The notes under the pieces are model-generated. The model was given only the letters and a program-made list of their open reading frames with translations. It searched no databases and was not told where the DNA came from. DNA of 64,000 bases from Carcharhinus longimanus (lineage: Eukaryota), in assembly GCA_030264375.1 (NCBI GenBank), contig JASCQW010000098.1, positions 13,097,653 to 13,161,652 on the forward strand, given 5' to 3'. Positions 48,101-60,979 of this stretch are shown here, in pieces. Each line of letters opens with the position of its first letter. The stretch's first letter is position 1. A program made the position numbers and the translations under genes.

Positions 48101-48985
48101 GGGTATTTGGTGAAAACCCAATTTTTCCTCCACTTAGGACTGGCTGGTCCGCAGTATAACGTATGCATTTTCTATTTTAATTTCAGATCTTCTGCATTTG
48201 CCAATATTGCTCTCTCTCATGCTTTCACTCTAACATCTCTTGCATCCTTTCATTCTGCTTTCCAATATTTTCAAGCTTTTTGCTTGCCTACACATCGGCA
48301 GTATCTTACTAACCATTTTTTGCAGTGATCTTCTACTCAGCAGAATGTAAATCATTTAAGACAGTAACTCAATCTGGTTAGTGCATATTAGCTCTCTTGC
48401 CCCACATTCTATTTTTCCAATCTTACCACACAGCCCTTAGCCTTCAGTCTGATGAAGCGTATACATCTGAAATGTCACAAACATTCCCTCTTTATAGATA
48501 CTAATTAACTCACTGTGCATTTCCAATTCCTTGATTTTAATTAGGATGATTTAATGACTTTGCAACTGAAATATTATGTGTAGATAGAAGGAATGGGTGA
48601 TGTAGTGTTGGCACACTCATCATTTACATTTACTACCGGGTTTGGATCCAGCCAACCAAGGCTGATGGTTTCTCCTCTTACTGTTACCTATTAAGTTTTT
48701 CTGCAAATTGAGTTTGGTGGACAATTCAATACTTTATTAGGATGGGCTCATGAGCACATTGTTGCCAATTATTAAGGAACATTTATCCTCTGTAAATGAA
48801 CTGTGCCAAGCTACCAACAGAAGAAATTTCTTCCTCGTGCAGCGAATTGTTTAGTCAAAACTTTTACTTAGGTATAAGACAGACACATTGGGGCAATGAA
48901 GAGCTAAGCTTTCTAATCACAAAGCTATGAGTTTCAATCATAGTGTTGACTAAATACTCTTGCTTGGTGTCTTTCATAACACATG

Positions 48986-49280
48986 GGCAGCATGGTGGCA
49001 CAGTGGTTAGCACTGCTGCCTCATGACTCCAGATATCTGGGTTTGATTACCAGCTTGGGTATGCAATCTGTGTGGAGTTTGCATGTTCTCCTTGTGTCTA
49101 CATGGGTTTCCTCTGGGTGCTCCGGTTTCCTTCCACACTTCAAAGATGTGCAAGCTAGGTGCATTGGCCAGATTAAATTGTCCCTACGCATCCTGGGACG
49201 CGTAGATCAGAGGGATTAGTGGGGTAAATGTGTGGCATTACGGGGATAGGGCCTGGATGGGATTGTAGTCAGTGCAGAGC
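48986..49280 (+). mobile_element. HE1/V-SINE-type SINE
   Basis: gggcagcatggtggcacagtggttagcactgctgcc...V-domain. Confidence 0.9.
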
Positions 49281-49587
49281 TGCGGGAAGAAATACATGAC
49301 TGCAGCATAAAAAGGCAATTTTAAAATATCAGCAAGATGAGTTATATCGCACAAATTCTTGCATCTTTTCACCTTTCTTGAGTAGGTTTCTTCATGTTTT
49401 GGTGTATCTAAATCTGAAATGCACTGGGGCGAGAATACCACTATATAATACACATATGCAACAGCTACAGGTATTTCTTGGACACTTGGAATATCTTTAA
49501 ATAAGGTTTTCACAAACATAAACGTACTGCATTATCACATCACCAGACTAGGAAATCTTAATTGAAAATGGAAATGTGCATTCTTAC

Positions 49588-49766
49588 CTATAATAAAGTA
49601 CCTGAGGGATTTGACCTCGAGTTTGATTAGTTCCATTACTGCTGAGGCTACAAGTACTAAAAGTGAAGGTTACACCATCTGGGCACTGAATCGTAGTCAT
49701 CCCTCCATCTCCATTTGCAGTACGACTTCCATAGTTCCTTAAGCGTACTGCATATTTCACATTTTC
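49588..49766 (-). CDS. MYCBP2: MYCBP2 exon, end of PHR2: ENVKYAVRLRNYGSRTANGDGG...GQIPQVLYY(R)
   Basis: tccag|GAAAAT...TATAG|gtaaga; 179 nt, phase 0-2. Confidence 0.96.
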
Positions 49767-49986
49767 CTGGAATTGCAATAAATTCAGCAAGCATTACACA
49801 GGAATCCAAAAGCTAAGTATAAAATATATTCATGCAAGAAATTCATAAAATTATTTCTCACAATACTTTAAATCAGCTTTTAAATTACTTAAGTGCTGGC
49901 CCCATAGAATTTATCTGCTACAAAACCCAAATGTGTTATTTAAACTTTTCTAAGCAAAGGCTGTCTCTTTTCACATTGCTTCCTAC

Positions 49987-50118
49987 CTTTAGTGGGACAG
50001 CTTTATCCAGTCTAATTTCTGCTGTGTCGCTGGAGGAGTCATCGGTGCTGTAAGTCCCTTTTACTAGTTCTAAGGAAGTCCACCTGTGAGAATGTGCTGA
50101 ATCACCAGTGTGCTCGCT
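49987..50118 (-). CDS. MYCBP2: MYCBP2 exon, PHR2: SEHTGDSAHSHRWTSLELVKGTYSTDDSSSDTAEIRLDKAVPLK
   Basis: gacag|AGCGAG...CTAAAG|gtagga; 132 nt, phase 0-0. Confidence 0.95.
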
Positions 50119-50224
50119 CTGTCAAAAAATATTTAATCAAGGGAGTGTCATTGGAATCTTCAGAATAACATTTACTCAAGAAGACAATTCATTTCAAGTT
50201 TAAACACAAAACGAATAAACTTAC

Positions 50225-50431
50225 ATCATCTACCAACACTTCCAGCTCATATTCATGAATGCCACCTCCTCCGTATACATGGTATCCTACCACAACTACC
50301 CCAGGTTTGTCCACAGAGAAGCAAATTGCATCCGGCGACCCATTGCCAGTGTTCCAACTTCGCCCTTGACTGGTTTTAGCAAACCGGTTTGGTGTGGCTT
50401 TGACAGAGTGGAGAGAACTCAATCCATCAAC
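50225..50431 (-). CDS. MYCBP2: MYCBP2 exon, start of PHR domain 2: VDGLSSLHSVKATPNRFAKTSQGRSWNTGNGSPDAICFSVD...LVDD
   Basis: cacag|GTTGAT...GATGAT|gtaagt; 207 nt, phase 0-0. Confidence 0.96.
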
Positions 50432-50859
50432 CTGTGAAGGCAATCAAAATGTTCAATAAGGCTAATCTTTAACAGGATACAGATTTCTCTAATCTTACAT
50501 AGTGTTATACAGTATTTACAACGCAGAAGCAATATGGAATACTAAACATTACCCCATCCCAAAATAGCTTGGTATCAATGTCTCATTCCTTTTTGACGAA
50601 TTCTGTTTTTATGGTTAACATTACAAGAGCTGGAGATAAAGCAATACATTACATTGAAGATTAATTGGGTCCTAACTTGCTGGACAATTTTCTTCCTCAT
50701 TTTCTAGTTCATTATCTACCTGCCATCTCTGACTTACATCTTCAGCAATGCGGGTGTGGTATAGGTCAAATCTATTTTTCCCCCCAAATATATCTTGTAT
50801 CATTTCATTCATTTTTTTATTTCTTTCTATATTTACAGCATAACCTGTAATATGTCCAA

Positions 50860-51010
50860 TGACAGTGGCTAGCTCATTTGGCATCTTTACACAGACATCA
50901 GTGCCGATGTTGACTTGGTTTAGCATCTCATCTGAAAGGTGGCACCAACAGTGCAGCAACCCCTCAAAGGGAATGTCAGCTTTAATTTTGATGCTCAAGT
51001 CCTGGAGTAG
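50860..51010 (-). mobile_element. DeuSINE relic
   Basis: ggtttagcatctcatctgaaaggtggcaccaacagtgcagca is the reverse complement of the Deu-domain core. Confidence 0.6.
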
Positions 51011-51016
51011 GCAAAC

Positions 51017-51089
51017 CCCGAAAGCTAGTGGCGTTTACTATCAAATAAACCTGTTGAACTTTAACCTGGTGTTGAGAGACTTCTTACTT
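51017..51089 (+). mobile_element. Short Penelope terminal fragment (relative of 9420-9490)
   Basis: cccgaaagctagtggcgtttactatcaaataaacctgttgaactttaacctggtgttgagagacttcttact. Confidence 0.7.
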
Positions 51090-51119
51090 AGATAGGTTAA
51101 TGCAGATCTGCCCCCTTAC

Positions 51120-51311
51120 CTCAGATCCCAGTGCTGATGCAGTGAGTTCACTCACTATACTGGCAAGTAGGCCACAAGTATTGGACACTAGAAGTGGAGA
51201 GAAGAGTTCTACCTCTCTCCTGAGTATCTTTCGAACTGGAAGCACTACAATAACCAACATTTTTTCTAGGACTTCTCGAAAACTGGTCATACTTGTAATG
51301 TTTTCTTCAAT
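51120..51311 (-). CDS. MYCBP2: MYCBP2 exon: IEENITSMTSFREVLEKMLVIVVLPVR...ASALGSE
   Basis: cctag|ATTGAA...TCTGAG|gtaagg; 192 nt, phase 0-0. Confidence 0.95.
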
Positions 51312-51943
51312 CTAGGGGAAAATAAATCATGATTTTACTGCATATCCACGAATAATCTTTATTCTTACTATTGATTCAAATTCCTGTCAACAGATCAGTT
51401 CAAGTTTCAGTATTCCACATTAACTATGCGATATTATAATAAGAGGTTACAGTTTGTTAATCCTTTAAAATTTCAGTAATATTGTGTAGAGGTATACATT
51501 TTTCAGAACAGTCAAAAAAAGATTTTTGGAAAATCTTTGATTGGGCTCCTGTGAATCAGATTCCTGTTTCAAACTCAAATTTTTGCTTGCGCAACTTCTG
51601 GAGTTGTTATACGACTGGTGAGGCGGTAAACTAAGGCTGGGATTCTCCGGCCATTCACGTCCCGTCACCACTGATGGCAAGGATGTATTTGATGCTCAGC
51701 CGAATCTTCGTTCACTTTTACAGTTTTACAATTTCACATCATTCATCCAAATGGACAATCAATATCAGTAATTTTGCAAATAGAGCATTAAACAGAAATA
51801 AGACCCATCACAGTTTTGTAGTGACACTATTGTTGGTGTCAATAGAGGGAGACATATCAATGTAGACTGCTCAACTGGCTAGTGCAGCCTTCAACCGATG
51901 GGAAACACTGAAATACAAGACAAAAATTTTTTGCTGTTCTCAC

Positions 51944-52165
51944 CTGGCTGAGCTTCTCCATATGAGCCACTAATAGGGCAAATCTGTGAACCATAGCTGA
52001 TTCATTCTCTGTGCTACTCTGCTTCACCAAAGAGCGAAGCAGCACTTCACCATCATAGGCAATGGGTAAGATTGTTGTCAGCTTGACTGAAGAGTGGCAC
52101 AGTGCAGACATGACCGCTGCAAGTAACCGACTGCTTGACGTCTTGAAGTTAGCTTCCTGTATGTC
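51944..52165 (-). CDS. MYCBP2: MYCBP2 exon: DIQEANFKTSSSRLLAAVMSALCH...MEKLSQ
   Basis: gtcag|GACATA...AGCCAG|gtgaga; 222 nt, phase 0-0. Confidence 0.95.
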
Positions 52166-53094
52166 CTGACAAGAAAACAGATTAATTGCCAAATATATAA
52201 TTTTTAAAAATACAGGAAATTTCCCAGTCTGCAGGTATTTTGTTTTAAGATCAATTTTGATTATTCAACTGTTCACTAACCCAAGGGCAGTCCCATTCAG
52301 ATGGCCAATGGAGGATGCCCAAGGAAGAAGGATTGTGCGGTTCAGCACAAAGACTGAAGGTAAAGGATGAACAGTGCACCATGGTCGCAATGAGTGCAAC
52401 CTGTGACTTTGAGGGCAAATCAGTGCCCTGACAGGGTGCAAACCAGATTGAGAAGGGTTAAATATGAAACTGGGAAAAATGGACATGCAGTTGGGAGGCA
52501 AAACACATTCAAGGACTTGAGTGGAAAGGAAGATTAGAAATGGGCAAAGAGTTGGGTTCAAGGGAGGATTTAGAGAAGAGAGCTATAGACAGCAGTTCTG
52601 AAAAAGAGGAAAACAGTAAGCGAAAACAGGGAACTGCTTAAAGTATCAGGTAGCATGGGGACCAGGAAGCAAAATTAGCAGGTCAGCAGAAAAAGAACTG
52701 AGAAAGCAGGAAGTGGGTCTCATGAACAAAATGGGTTTGGAAAGGACATAGGGGAAGATTGTAGAGAAACTAGAGGAAGATGAGGGTTCATTTTATAAAT
52801 TTGGAGAAAGTGAGGCTTGGTGAGCAAGGAAAAGGTGGTGATGCACAGAACAATGGTGATAATGAAGTTCAGCGGCTTCTCACACTTGTTTTAGGTCAGA
52901 ATGGGGGAAGCAAGACAGATAGGTTATTGGAGATGGCTTGTGTTGGAGGAAAAGAAACACCATAGATTATCCTTTATTTGAGGAAGAGCCGGGGACAGTG
53001 AACTGTAGCACAGGAGAACAAGGTCTAGTTGCTATGATCCAGTTAGGTCTGACAAAGTATGGTGAAACCAGATGTCCAACAAAAAACTTTCAAG

Positions 53095-53455
53095 CCTACA
53101 AAATAATGCGGTGCACAGATTAGTTAGATAGTCAATATCTTTTCCCAAAGGTAGGGAAGTTTAAGACTAGAGGGCATAAGTTTAAGGTGAGAAGGGAGAG
53201 ATACAAAAGTGCCCAGAGGGGCAATTTTTTCACAGAGGATGGTGAGTGTCTAGAACAAGCTGCCAGAGGTAGTAGAGGCGGGTACAATTTTGTCTTTTAA
53301 AAAGTATTCAGATAGTTACATGGGTACGATGGGTATAGAGAGATATGAGCCAAATATGGGCAATTGGTATTAGCTTAGGGGTTTTAAAACAGAAAGGGTG
53401 GCATGGAAAAGTTGGGCCGAAGGGCCTGTTTCCACGCTGTAAACCTCTATGACTG
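53095..53455 (+). mobile_element. CR1-clade LINE 3' end
   Basis: agactagagggcataagtttaaggtgag...gggccgaagggcctgtttccacgctgtaaacctctatgact. Confidence 0.85.
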
Positions 53456-53839
53456 TGAATCATCCAAGTCATTAATATAGATTGCAAATAGTTGAGGCCT
53501 CAGCACTGTTCACTGTGGCACTTCACTAGTTTGTCAAACTGAAAATGACCTAATCCTGTAAAACAGTTTCCTGTTAACCAATCTATCCATATTGATATAT
53601 TATGTCCAGGACCGGTAGTTCTTATTTTTATGTGAAGCCTTTTGAAAATCTAAATGCACTACATCTATTGGTTTCCCTTTATTTACCTTGCTTTGTTACA
53701 TCCTCAAAAGAACTCAATTTGTCAAACACTATTTCCCTTTCATTAAGCCTTGTTGATCTGCCAGTTTTGAAATGTCCTGCTGGCATGCTGTTAATGATGC
53801 GTTCCAACATTTTCCTAATCACAGATGTTAGGCTATTTA

Positions 53840-54000
53840 TCAAAAACAGAAAATGCTGCAAAGTTTCAGCAGATCTGATAACATTTGTGGAGAGAGACTA
53901 GAGCCAACGTTTTGAGTCTGGATGATGCTTCATCAGAGCTCTTCATCATCATTTTCTGTTATTGTTTCATTTCCAGTATCAGCAGTATTTTGCCTTTAGC
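53840..54000 (-). mobile_element. Penelope terminal fragment with a degenerate hammerhead (53901-53941)
   Basis: Minus strand gagctCTGATGAagcatcatccagactcAAAAcgttggctc...ctccacaaatgttatcagatctgctg. Confidence 0.65.
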
Positions 54001-54039
54001 TTAGGCTACCTTTTGTTTTCTGCTTTCCGCCCCCGCCCC

Positions 54040-55560
54040 CATTTCCTTGAACGGAGTTTTTTTTCTTTCATGGGATATGTGTATTGCTTGCTGGGTCAGC
54101 ATCTGTTGCCCATCACTAATTGCCCCCCTACAAAGTCATGGTGAATGTTATTTGCTATTTAGCACCACAAGCCTGAATACTGTCCAGGTCTTGCTGCAAA
54201 TGAGCACTAACTGTTTCAGTATCTGAGTCATCTTAAATTGTATCAAACACTGTAATCATCAGTGAACTTCCCCACTTCTGACCTTTATAATGGAGAACAG
54301 TCATCAACGAAGCAGCTGAGGATTGTTGGACCCAGAGCACTATCCGAGGAAAAAGTGATATTCTGGAGCTGAGGTGAATTATTTTCCAACAAACACAACC
54401 AATCTTCATTTGTGCGAGGTATGACTCTAACCAGTGGAGAGTTTACCCAATTTCCACTGACTTCAATTTTGCTACAACTTCTTAATGTCACATTCAGTCA
54501 GACATTGCCTTGAAGTCAAAATCAGTCAAGTTCAGCACAGTTCTCCATGCTTGAAGCAAAGTTGTAATAAGGTGAGGAGGTTATTGCTGAGTTAAGTGCT
54601 GCTTGATAGCACTGTCAATGCCACCTTCCATCACTTTACTGACAATCGACAGTATACTGATGGGGCAGTATATAGCCGGGTTGGATTTGTCCTGTTTTTT
54701 TGTGGACAGGACAGACCTGGGCAACGTTCTGCAATGCTAGTCCAGTAGCTGTTCTGGAACAGCTTGGCTAGGGGCAAGGTTAGTCCTGGAGAACAAATCT
54801 TCAATAAAGGCGTTGTCAGGACCAACAGCTTTTGCAGAACCATGTCACTTCTTGACATGGAGTGAACTGAATTGGTTGAAGTCTGCAACTGTGATGCTGT
54901 GGACCTCATGAAGAGGCCTAGATGGATTACACACTCAGCACTCCCTGTTCAAGATGGTTGCAAATTCAGCCTCGTCTTTTGCACTGATAGGCTGGGCTTC
55001 CCTATCATTGAGGCTGGTTAGTTGTTAATTTATCAACCACAATTCATAACTGTATGTGGCAGGACTGTATATGTTTGGCATCACTTAGCTTTATCGTATG
55101 GTGCTTCTTGTGACATGCTAATAGTCCTGCATTGTAGTCATCACCAATTAAGCATCTCACTTTTAGCTACGTCTGGTGCTGCTTCTGGCATGCTCTCCTG
55201 CACACTTCATTGAACCAGGCTTGATCGCAATGTTAGCATGGAGGATATGTCGAGCCATGAGTTTCCAGGTTATGGTTAAATGCAATTTGATGCTAGCCGA
55301 CAGCGCCTCATAGATACCCAGTTTTGGGTACTCAATCTGTTTCAAATCTAGCTCATTTAATACTGTGGAAAGGTATTCTCAGCATGAAGAAAGGACTTTG
55401 TGTGACAGTCATCTATTGATACCATCATGGACAGATGCATTTGGGACAGATAAGATTGGTGAGACGCTCTAGTCTGTTTTTCCCTCACCATGTGGCAGGC
55501 CTGGCCTGGCCATTACGTCCTTCAAGACTAAGCCACCCGTATGGGTGCTACCTAGTCACC
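54040..55560 (-). mobile_element. Long decayed non-LTR retrotransposon (CR1/L2-like ORF2 remnants)
   Basis: Minus-strand peptide remnants LKICSPGLTLPLAKLFQNSY and SALGPTILSCFVDD (RT domain-like). Confidence 0.7.
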
Positions 55561-56340
55561 GTTAGAACATAGAACATTACAGTGCAGAACAGGCCCTTCG
55601 GCCCACGATGTTGCGCCGACCAGTAAAACAATGACCCACNNNNNNNNNNNNNNNNNNNNNNNNNNNNNNNNNNNNNNNNNNNNNNNNNNNNNNNNNNNNN
55701 NNNNNNNNNNNNNNNNNNNNNNNNNNNNNNNNNNNNNNNCGAGCTCAGAGTATAGCTGGCAAAACAAAAACGATGCTGTGAGCTGCAATTTGCACTCTCC
55801 CTTAAGCTGAAGGGTTCTTCCATGACAAGTACTTTGTTTTGTTCGCCAGGTACAAGTGGGTGCGCCCACCTGCAGACTCAATAACATGGCTTACCGTCCA
55901 GGTCAGGTAGTTTGTTTCCCCAAACTGCTGGCTACACTGCTATACTCCACATGGTGTCAAGCACAATCAATACATAGTTCTCCGTAACTAGTTATCCCAC
56001 ACCACTTAGGTTTAGAGCATTCAGAGATAAAGGTCCATTGTTGAGAATTTTCTACCACTGTACATGTGTAAATTTACTGTATTTGAATGCAAAATATTAG
56101 TGATAGAGATTTACAATCAAAATTAGAATTTATAAAAGACACATGCATACAATATATACAAAAACACACCAAGTCAATAAGTCTCCATCAATTTTAGCTC
56201 TTGATGCAACAGAAAATTATCAGACATTATTCTAGTAAAAATAAACCAGATATTTTAATTAAATTCAGAGAGAGTAGATCCAGAAGAACTAAACCTCTAC
56301 TAAAACAGCAAAATTATCATTCTTCTTCTCGCAGACTTAC

Positions 56341-56615
56341 CTGATCTAGGCAATTAAGCAAGTCACAAAGACAAGCCCACTGCAATCCAGGTGTAGGATA
56401 AAAAGAATGAAAGCAGGCTGTAAACGTGTTGTGGCACTCCTGAAGAACAGCTTCTAATAGAGTTTTGGGTTGTGAATGGTAGCCATGAGGATCATTGTCA
56501 AGCCGCAGCATACAATGATCAATTCCTTCAGATAAAATTTTTCTCAGTAGAGACCGGGTCTTTCCCACACATTCTGCCAGCTTGCTCGTTTCCTCCACCA
56601 CTGCTTTAGCACCAG
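56341..56615 (-). CDS. MYCBP2: MYCBP2 exon: GAKAVVEETSKLAECVGKTRSLLRKILSEG...CDLLNCLDQ
   Basis: ttgcag|CTGG...GATCAG|gtaagt; 275 nt, phase 1-0; overlaps ORF 56317..56601. Confidence 0.95.
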
Positions 56616-57145
56616 CTGCAAGTCAAAATAAAAAAAAAGTCAACATATTTGAATGCACTTGCCACTTAATCAAACTTGTCATGGTCATTTTGGCTGAACT
56701 GAAGAATGTTGAACTCATGCTTAGATGCATACAAACTGTGAAATGCATGATCTGAAACACTACTAGATTGCAAGTGTAATTTTTTTTTAAACACACTGAA
56801 GCAAAACTGGTTTACCCATCATAAGTAAAACAAAGTCATAGTTTCGTATGAGGAAAGGCCAGACACAAATATCTTGCTCTCACACAAACATCACTAATTG
56901 TTCAGTTAATTGCTGACTGTGGGTACTTCCCCAAGAACAAATGGTACAGGAAGCAATTTGCCTTGAGAAGTAAAGCAGTTGCTGCACAAAACTGGGAGAA
57001 AAATGAAATAAGATAGCAGCAAAAGAAATGCATAAAACTGAAGAAATAAGCATTCAAACTCAAAGTTAGAGTGTACATTCGGTAAAAGAGTGAGACCAGG
57101 CAGTGACCTTTCACCCAATCTCTTTAAAAGGAAGAAATTTATAGC

Positions 57146-57217
57146 ATAAGAACATAAGAAATAGGAGCAGGAGTAGGCCATCTAGCCCTTCGAGCCTGCC
57201 CCGCCATTCAATAAGAT
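57146..57217 (-). mobile_element. CR1 3'UTR, truncated by the gap
   Basis: cataagaacataagaaataggagcaggagtaggccatctagcccttcgagcctgccccgccattcaataagat. Confidence 0.85.
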
Positions 57218-57317
57218 NNNNNNNNNNNNNNNNNNNNNNNNNNNNNNNNNNNNNNNNNNNNNNNNNNNNNNNNNNNNNNNNNNNNNNNNNNNNNNNNNNN
57301 NNNNNNNNNNNNNNNNN

Positions 57318-57494
57318 ATGTTTTTAAGGCAAGGATAGATAGATTTTTGAACAGTAAAGGAATTAAGGGTTATGGTGAGCGGGTGGGTAAGTGGCGCTGA
57401 GTCCACAAAAAGATTAGCCATGATTTTATTGAATGTCAGAGCAGGCTCGAGGGGCCAAATGGCCTACTCCTTCTCCTAGTTCTTATGTTCTTAC
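57318..57494 (+). mobile_element. CR1 3' end, in the opposite orientation to the copy left of the gap
   Basis: gatagatagatttttgaacagtaaaggaattaagggttatgg...ggcctactccttctcctagttcttatgttctta. Confidence 0.85.
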
Positions 57495-57789
57495 AGTACC
57501 TTGAGTTGATGGTCATCTATCTGATGAAGGTGGCTAAGCCAGCGGAGAAGGTGTTAGTTTAGCAATGAGTATATGTGGACGGAATTAGTACAATTCAGGA
57601 CCCCTGAGTTGGTGATCTTGACCTGCCACAAGTATCTTTTTAACAAGGTAATTATTTTTAATGCTGGACAATTATGTTTTCTGAGGGGGTAAAGGTGAAC
57701 AATAAGTGTGGAGTGTCATTTCTTCAGGAATCAATTGTTTTCTGAGATTTTAAAGCATGTCAAATTTAAATTAGAACATTTCTTCCGAC

Positions 57790-58610
57790 TTCTTTCTGTC
57801 TCTGTACGTGAATGCACGGAGTATAGCGAACAAGATTAGTGAGTTGCAGGCACAGATCGGGATGTGGAAATGTGATGTTGCGGCTGTAACGGAGACCTGG
57901 CTCAAAAATACAAGATCTTCAGGAGAGATAAGATAGAAAGAAAAGTGGGCAGATGGGAATGGGGTGGGGAGGCGTGCCAGTACTGAGTAAAAGCATTGTG
58001 GTGATGGAGAACGAAAACATCCCAAAGGGCTCAAGGAAAAAAATCTACTTGGCTAAAGCTAAGGGACAAAGAACTTGTAATTACATTGTTCAGTACAGTT
58101 GATAGGCCACCAGTTAGTGAGCAAGATGAGGAAAATTACAAAGTGATACAAGAGTAATTGTAATGGAGCATTTTAATTATCTACATATAGACTGGGATAA
58201 TAAAGGGCAGAGATGGCAAGAGTTACGAGAGGACATCCATGAAAATTTTCTACGTGAGCGTGCTTCCTATCTGATGGGAAAGGAGACACTGCCAAACCTG
58301 GTTCTTGAAATGAGGCAGGACAAATGTGTCAGCTCTCAATTCAGGGAAGAGTGATCATTGCATCATAAGGTTTAGGTTGATTATGGAGATATTCAAAATG
58401 ATGAAGGATCTGGACAGAGTGGATAGGGAGAATCTGTTCCCACTCGTAAAAGTGAAGCATTGAAAAGGGATTTAGACTGTTATCCAGAAAGGGAGAATGT
58501 GCAGGGTTATGGGGAAAAGGCAGAGCAATAGCACTGTGTGAACTGCTCATTCAGAGACCTCGTGCAGGCATATCGGGCTGAATAGCCTCCTTCTGCACTG
58601 TAACAATTCA
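57790..58610 (+). mobile_element. CR1 ORF2 relic: AP-endonuclease N-terminus joined to the 3' tail
   Basis: SLYVNARSIANKISELQAQIGMWKCDVAAVTETWLK, DRPP and VIVMEHFNYLHIDWD, then the CR1 tail from about 58385. Confidence 0.8.
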
Positions 58611-60759
58611 CTGATGCTGTGATTGGACAATAAAATTCACTCTCCTTCTCAGTCCTTCCTCCATCTATCACTCAATCCTTTAATCCCATTGGTTAAGGAC
58701 ACAGACTGTTGGTCCTGACGCTCACCAGGGTCTACTCAGATGCCCTGTGTGTCACTGCGCTGTTTGCAGCTCACAACTCCAGAAGCTTTCTCAGCAAACT
58801 ATCTGAAAAGTTAAATTTGCACGAGCAGGTCAAACCAACAGAGAAGATGATGAGACGTCCTGCTCAAGGAAGACCTGGGTTTAGGATACCTGGTTAACAG
58901 CCTTGTTTCAAAATTCATGTCATGTTTCAAAATTAGGAATGTGTTATAAAAAACAAGTTATAGTTTTCAGGTAACACAAGGGGATAGATTAAACTCGTTT
59001 GGTTGAGATCCTGATATTGGCCTCAGTTCCAGGTTAGGGAGATCCAGATGTAACCATGGCAGAATTTTGGGCATGATCTTCTGAAGCTGCCAATGAGCCC
59101 CACCCAAATCAAGACAATAGACAGACCGCAGTCGCAGGAGGCCCAATGAGGGAGATCACAGCAACATCTGGCTGGCAAACCCAAGGGAGAGTTGGATGTT
59201 AAAGATGTGCTCTCCAATGCCTTCTACAAATGTTAGGCTGAAAAGGCCCACAAAAGGTGTGATGTGGAACCACTCCACAGGATTGGTTTTGGCCACAGTT
59301 GCAGTCTTTTGTTCTTGGCAGTAACTTTATTGGAAGATGGAACCTTAGCCTATCATCGGGAAGCTGCTGCAGGTACGCTGCTGGAGTCTGCACATGGTGT
59401 GAGCAGCAGGTTCAACAGTGGGACAATCCTGTCCCCATTTATAGATTACCCATAACTGATCCTTAAACAGCTCGACTGGCAGTCACCTGATTGGAGCGGT
59501 CTCCTACCTTGCTTCTCAGCCCTCCCCAGAGAGCTCTCTCAGAAGCACTGAAAAGTTATCTCAATGTCGCTCCCTCATTTCAACCCAATCCTATCTCCAC
59601 TCCATCTCCATGGGACTGGGAAATGGCAGTCCAATCTTGAGTGGGTGATGAATGTAAGGGAAGGCCTCTAAATTCAATTACACCTCAAAGACATCAAATC
59701 TTTTCAATGTGTTCAGTGGTAACACAGTACAGAATACACAAAATCAGTTCAACTCTCAATAACCTTCCTTCACATCCTCTCGTTGGCAGAAGATTACAGC
59801 TGTCTTGTAATTGTAGGTTGTAAATGACATGCTGTTCAGCAGCAATGCTCACAGTGGGGTTCAGTAAAATCCAAGAAATTGCTCTCCAGATACATTGCAA
59901 ATCGCACAAACACCTGCACACAGTCTGAGTAAACACTGAGAGATGGCCCTCTCTCTCTCACAACCCAATGAGAGTTGTGCATGTCTCCTCGTAAAACATA
60001 TTTTCTGCTGACAAGCAGGAAGTGTATATCTATCTAGCAAGGGATCTGCAAACCCACTGGGTACAAGAGTAAAACTTCAAGCACAGTATGCAACTTGAGT
60101 TGGATTGGGAGTTTACCTTGGAACGCTGCTTTGTCATCAGTCAAACGTAACATTGGCAAACACTTTGCCCGAATGTAATGTCAGCTCACTTTCTGTTTAA
60201 ATTTATTGGGATGTGAGGAAATGGCAAGGTGGGTTGGGGGGTTGGGGGGGGTGCGGTGGGGGTAGCGTGTGACTTGGAAAGAGTCTTTTGAAAAAGTTGG
60301 GGCTGCTTCTGACTTTTTTCGGGGTTTCATTGGGAGTAAGGGGCACAGAGCAAAGCTGCCATGGCTCAGATTCGAACTGAGGTTGCAACAGCCACAATCC
60401 AGAGTATGGTCTACTGTAGGATCACGGTGCTATCCTGCTCTGGGGGTGCTTCTCTGATATTCTATTCCATTCATTCTTGGCTGCACAGCTAAAAGACTCG
60501 AATACAAGCAGGCAGAATGTATGCTTTCAGATCTGGGCACCACATTTTAGGAACCAGATCCTGCTGTCAGAGGGTTTTTTTTCAAATCAGGTAGATTTAT
60601 CAGAATGGTACTTGAATACAAATATTAAATTCTGAGGAAAGGAAAGGAATAAAGGTAAAGTTACCACAGTCCCAGATGACTGCTTTCCCCTTTGAGGGAG
60701 CAAGATGATTTTAACCTGAGGGTTACCACAGTAAGTAGTTGAGGCCAAAACATTTTATG

Positions 60760-60925
60760 TTCACTAATATCCTTTAGGGGAGGAAATCTGCCATCCTTAC
60801 CTGGTCTGGCCTACATGTGACTCCAGAGCCACAGTAATGTGGTTGACTCTCAACTGCCCTCAGGTAACTATGGGATGGGCAATAAATGCCAGCGATGCCC
60901 ATGTCCCACAAATGAATTAAAAAAA
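60760..60925 (+). mobile_element. Interspersed LINE/SINE 3' tail
   Basis: cctttaggggaggaaatctgccatccttacctggtctggcctacatgtgactccag...gggcaataaatgcc. Confidence 0.75.
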
Positions 60926-60979
60926 CCTCCTCTCAACTTTATCCAAGTGCAGATTCTCCAATCTTTCCACCCAACTGGT

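Noticed and set aside
9184-57421. ORFs spanning N-runs (e.g. 9184..9450, 15365..15703, 40137..40541, 46907..47279, 55548..55887)
   Set aside because: Their length is inflated by X residues from assembly gaps
60227-60263. G-rich run with G-quadruplex potential
   Set aside because: Simple low-complexity tract in an intron with no other support
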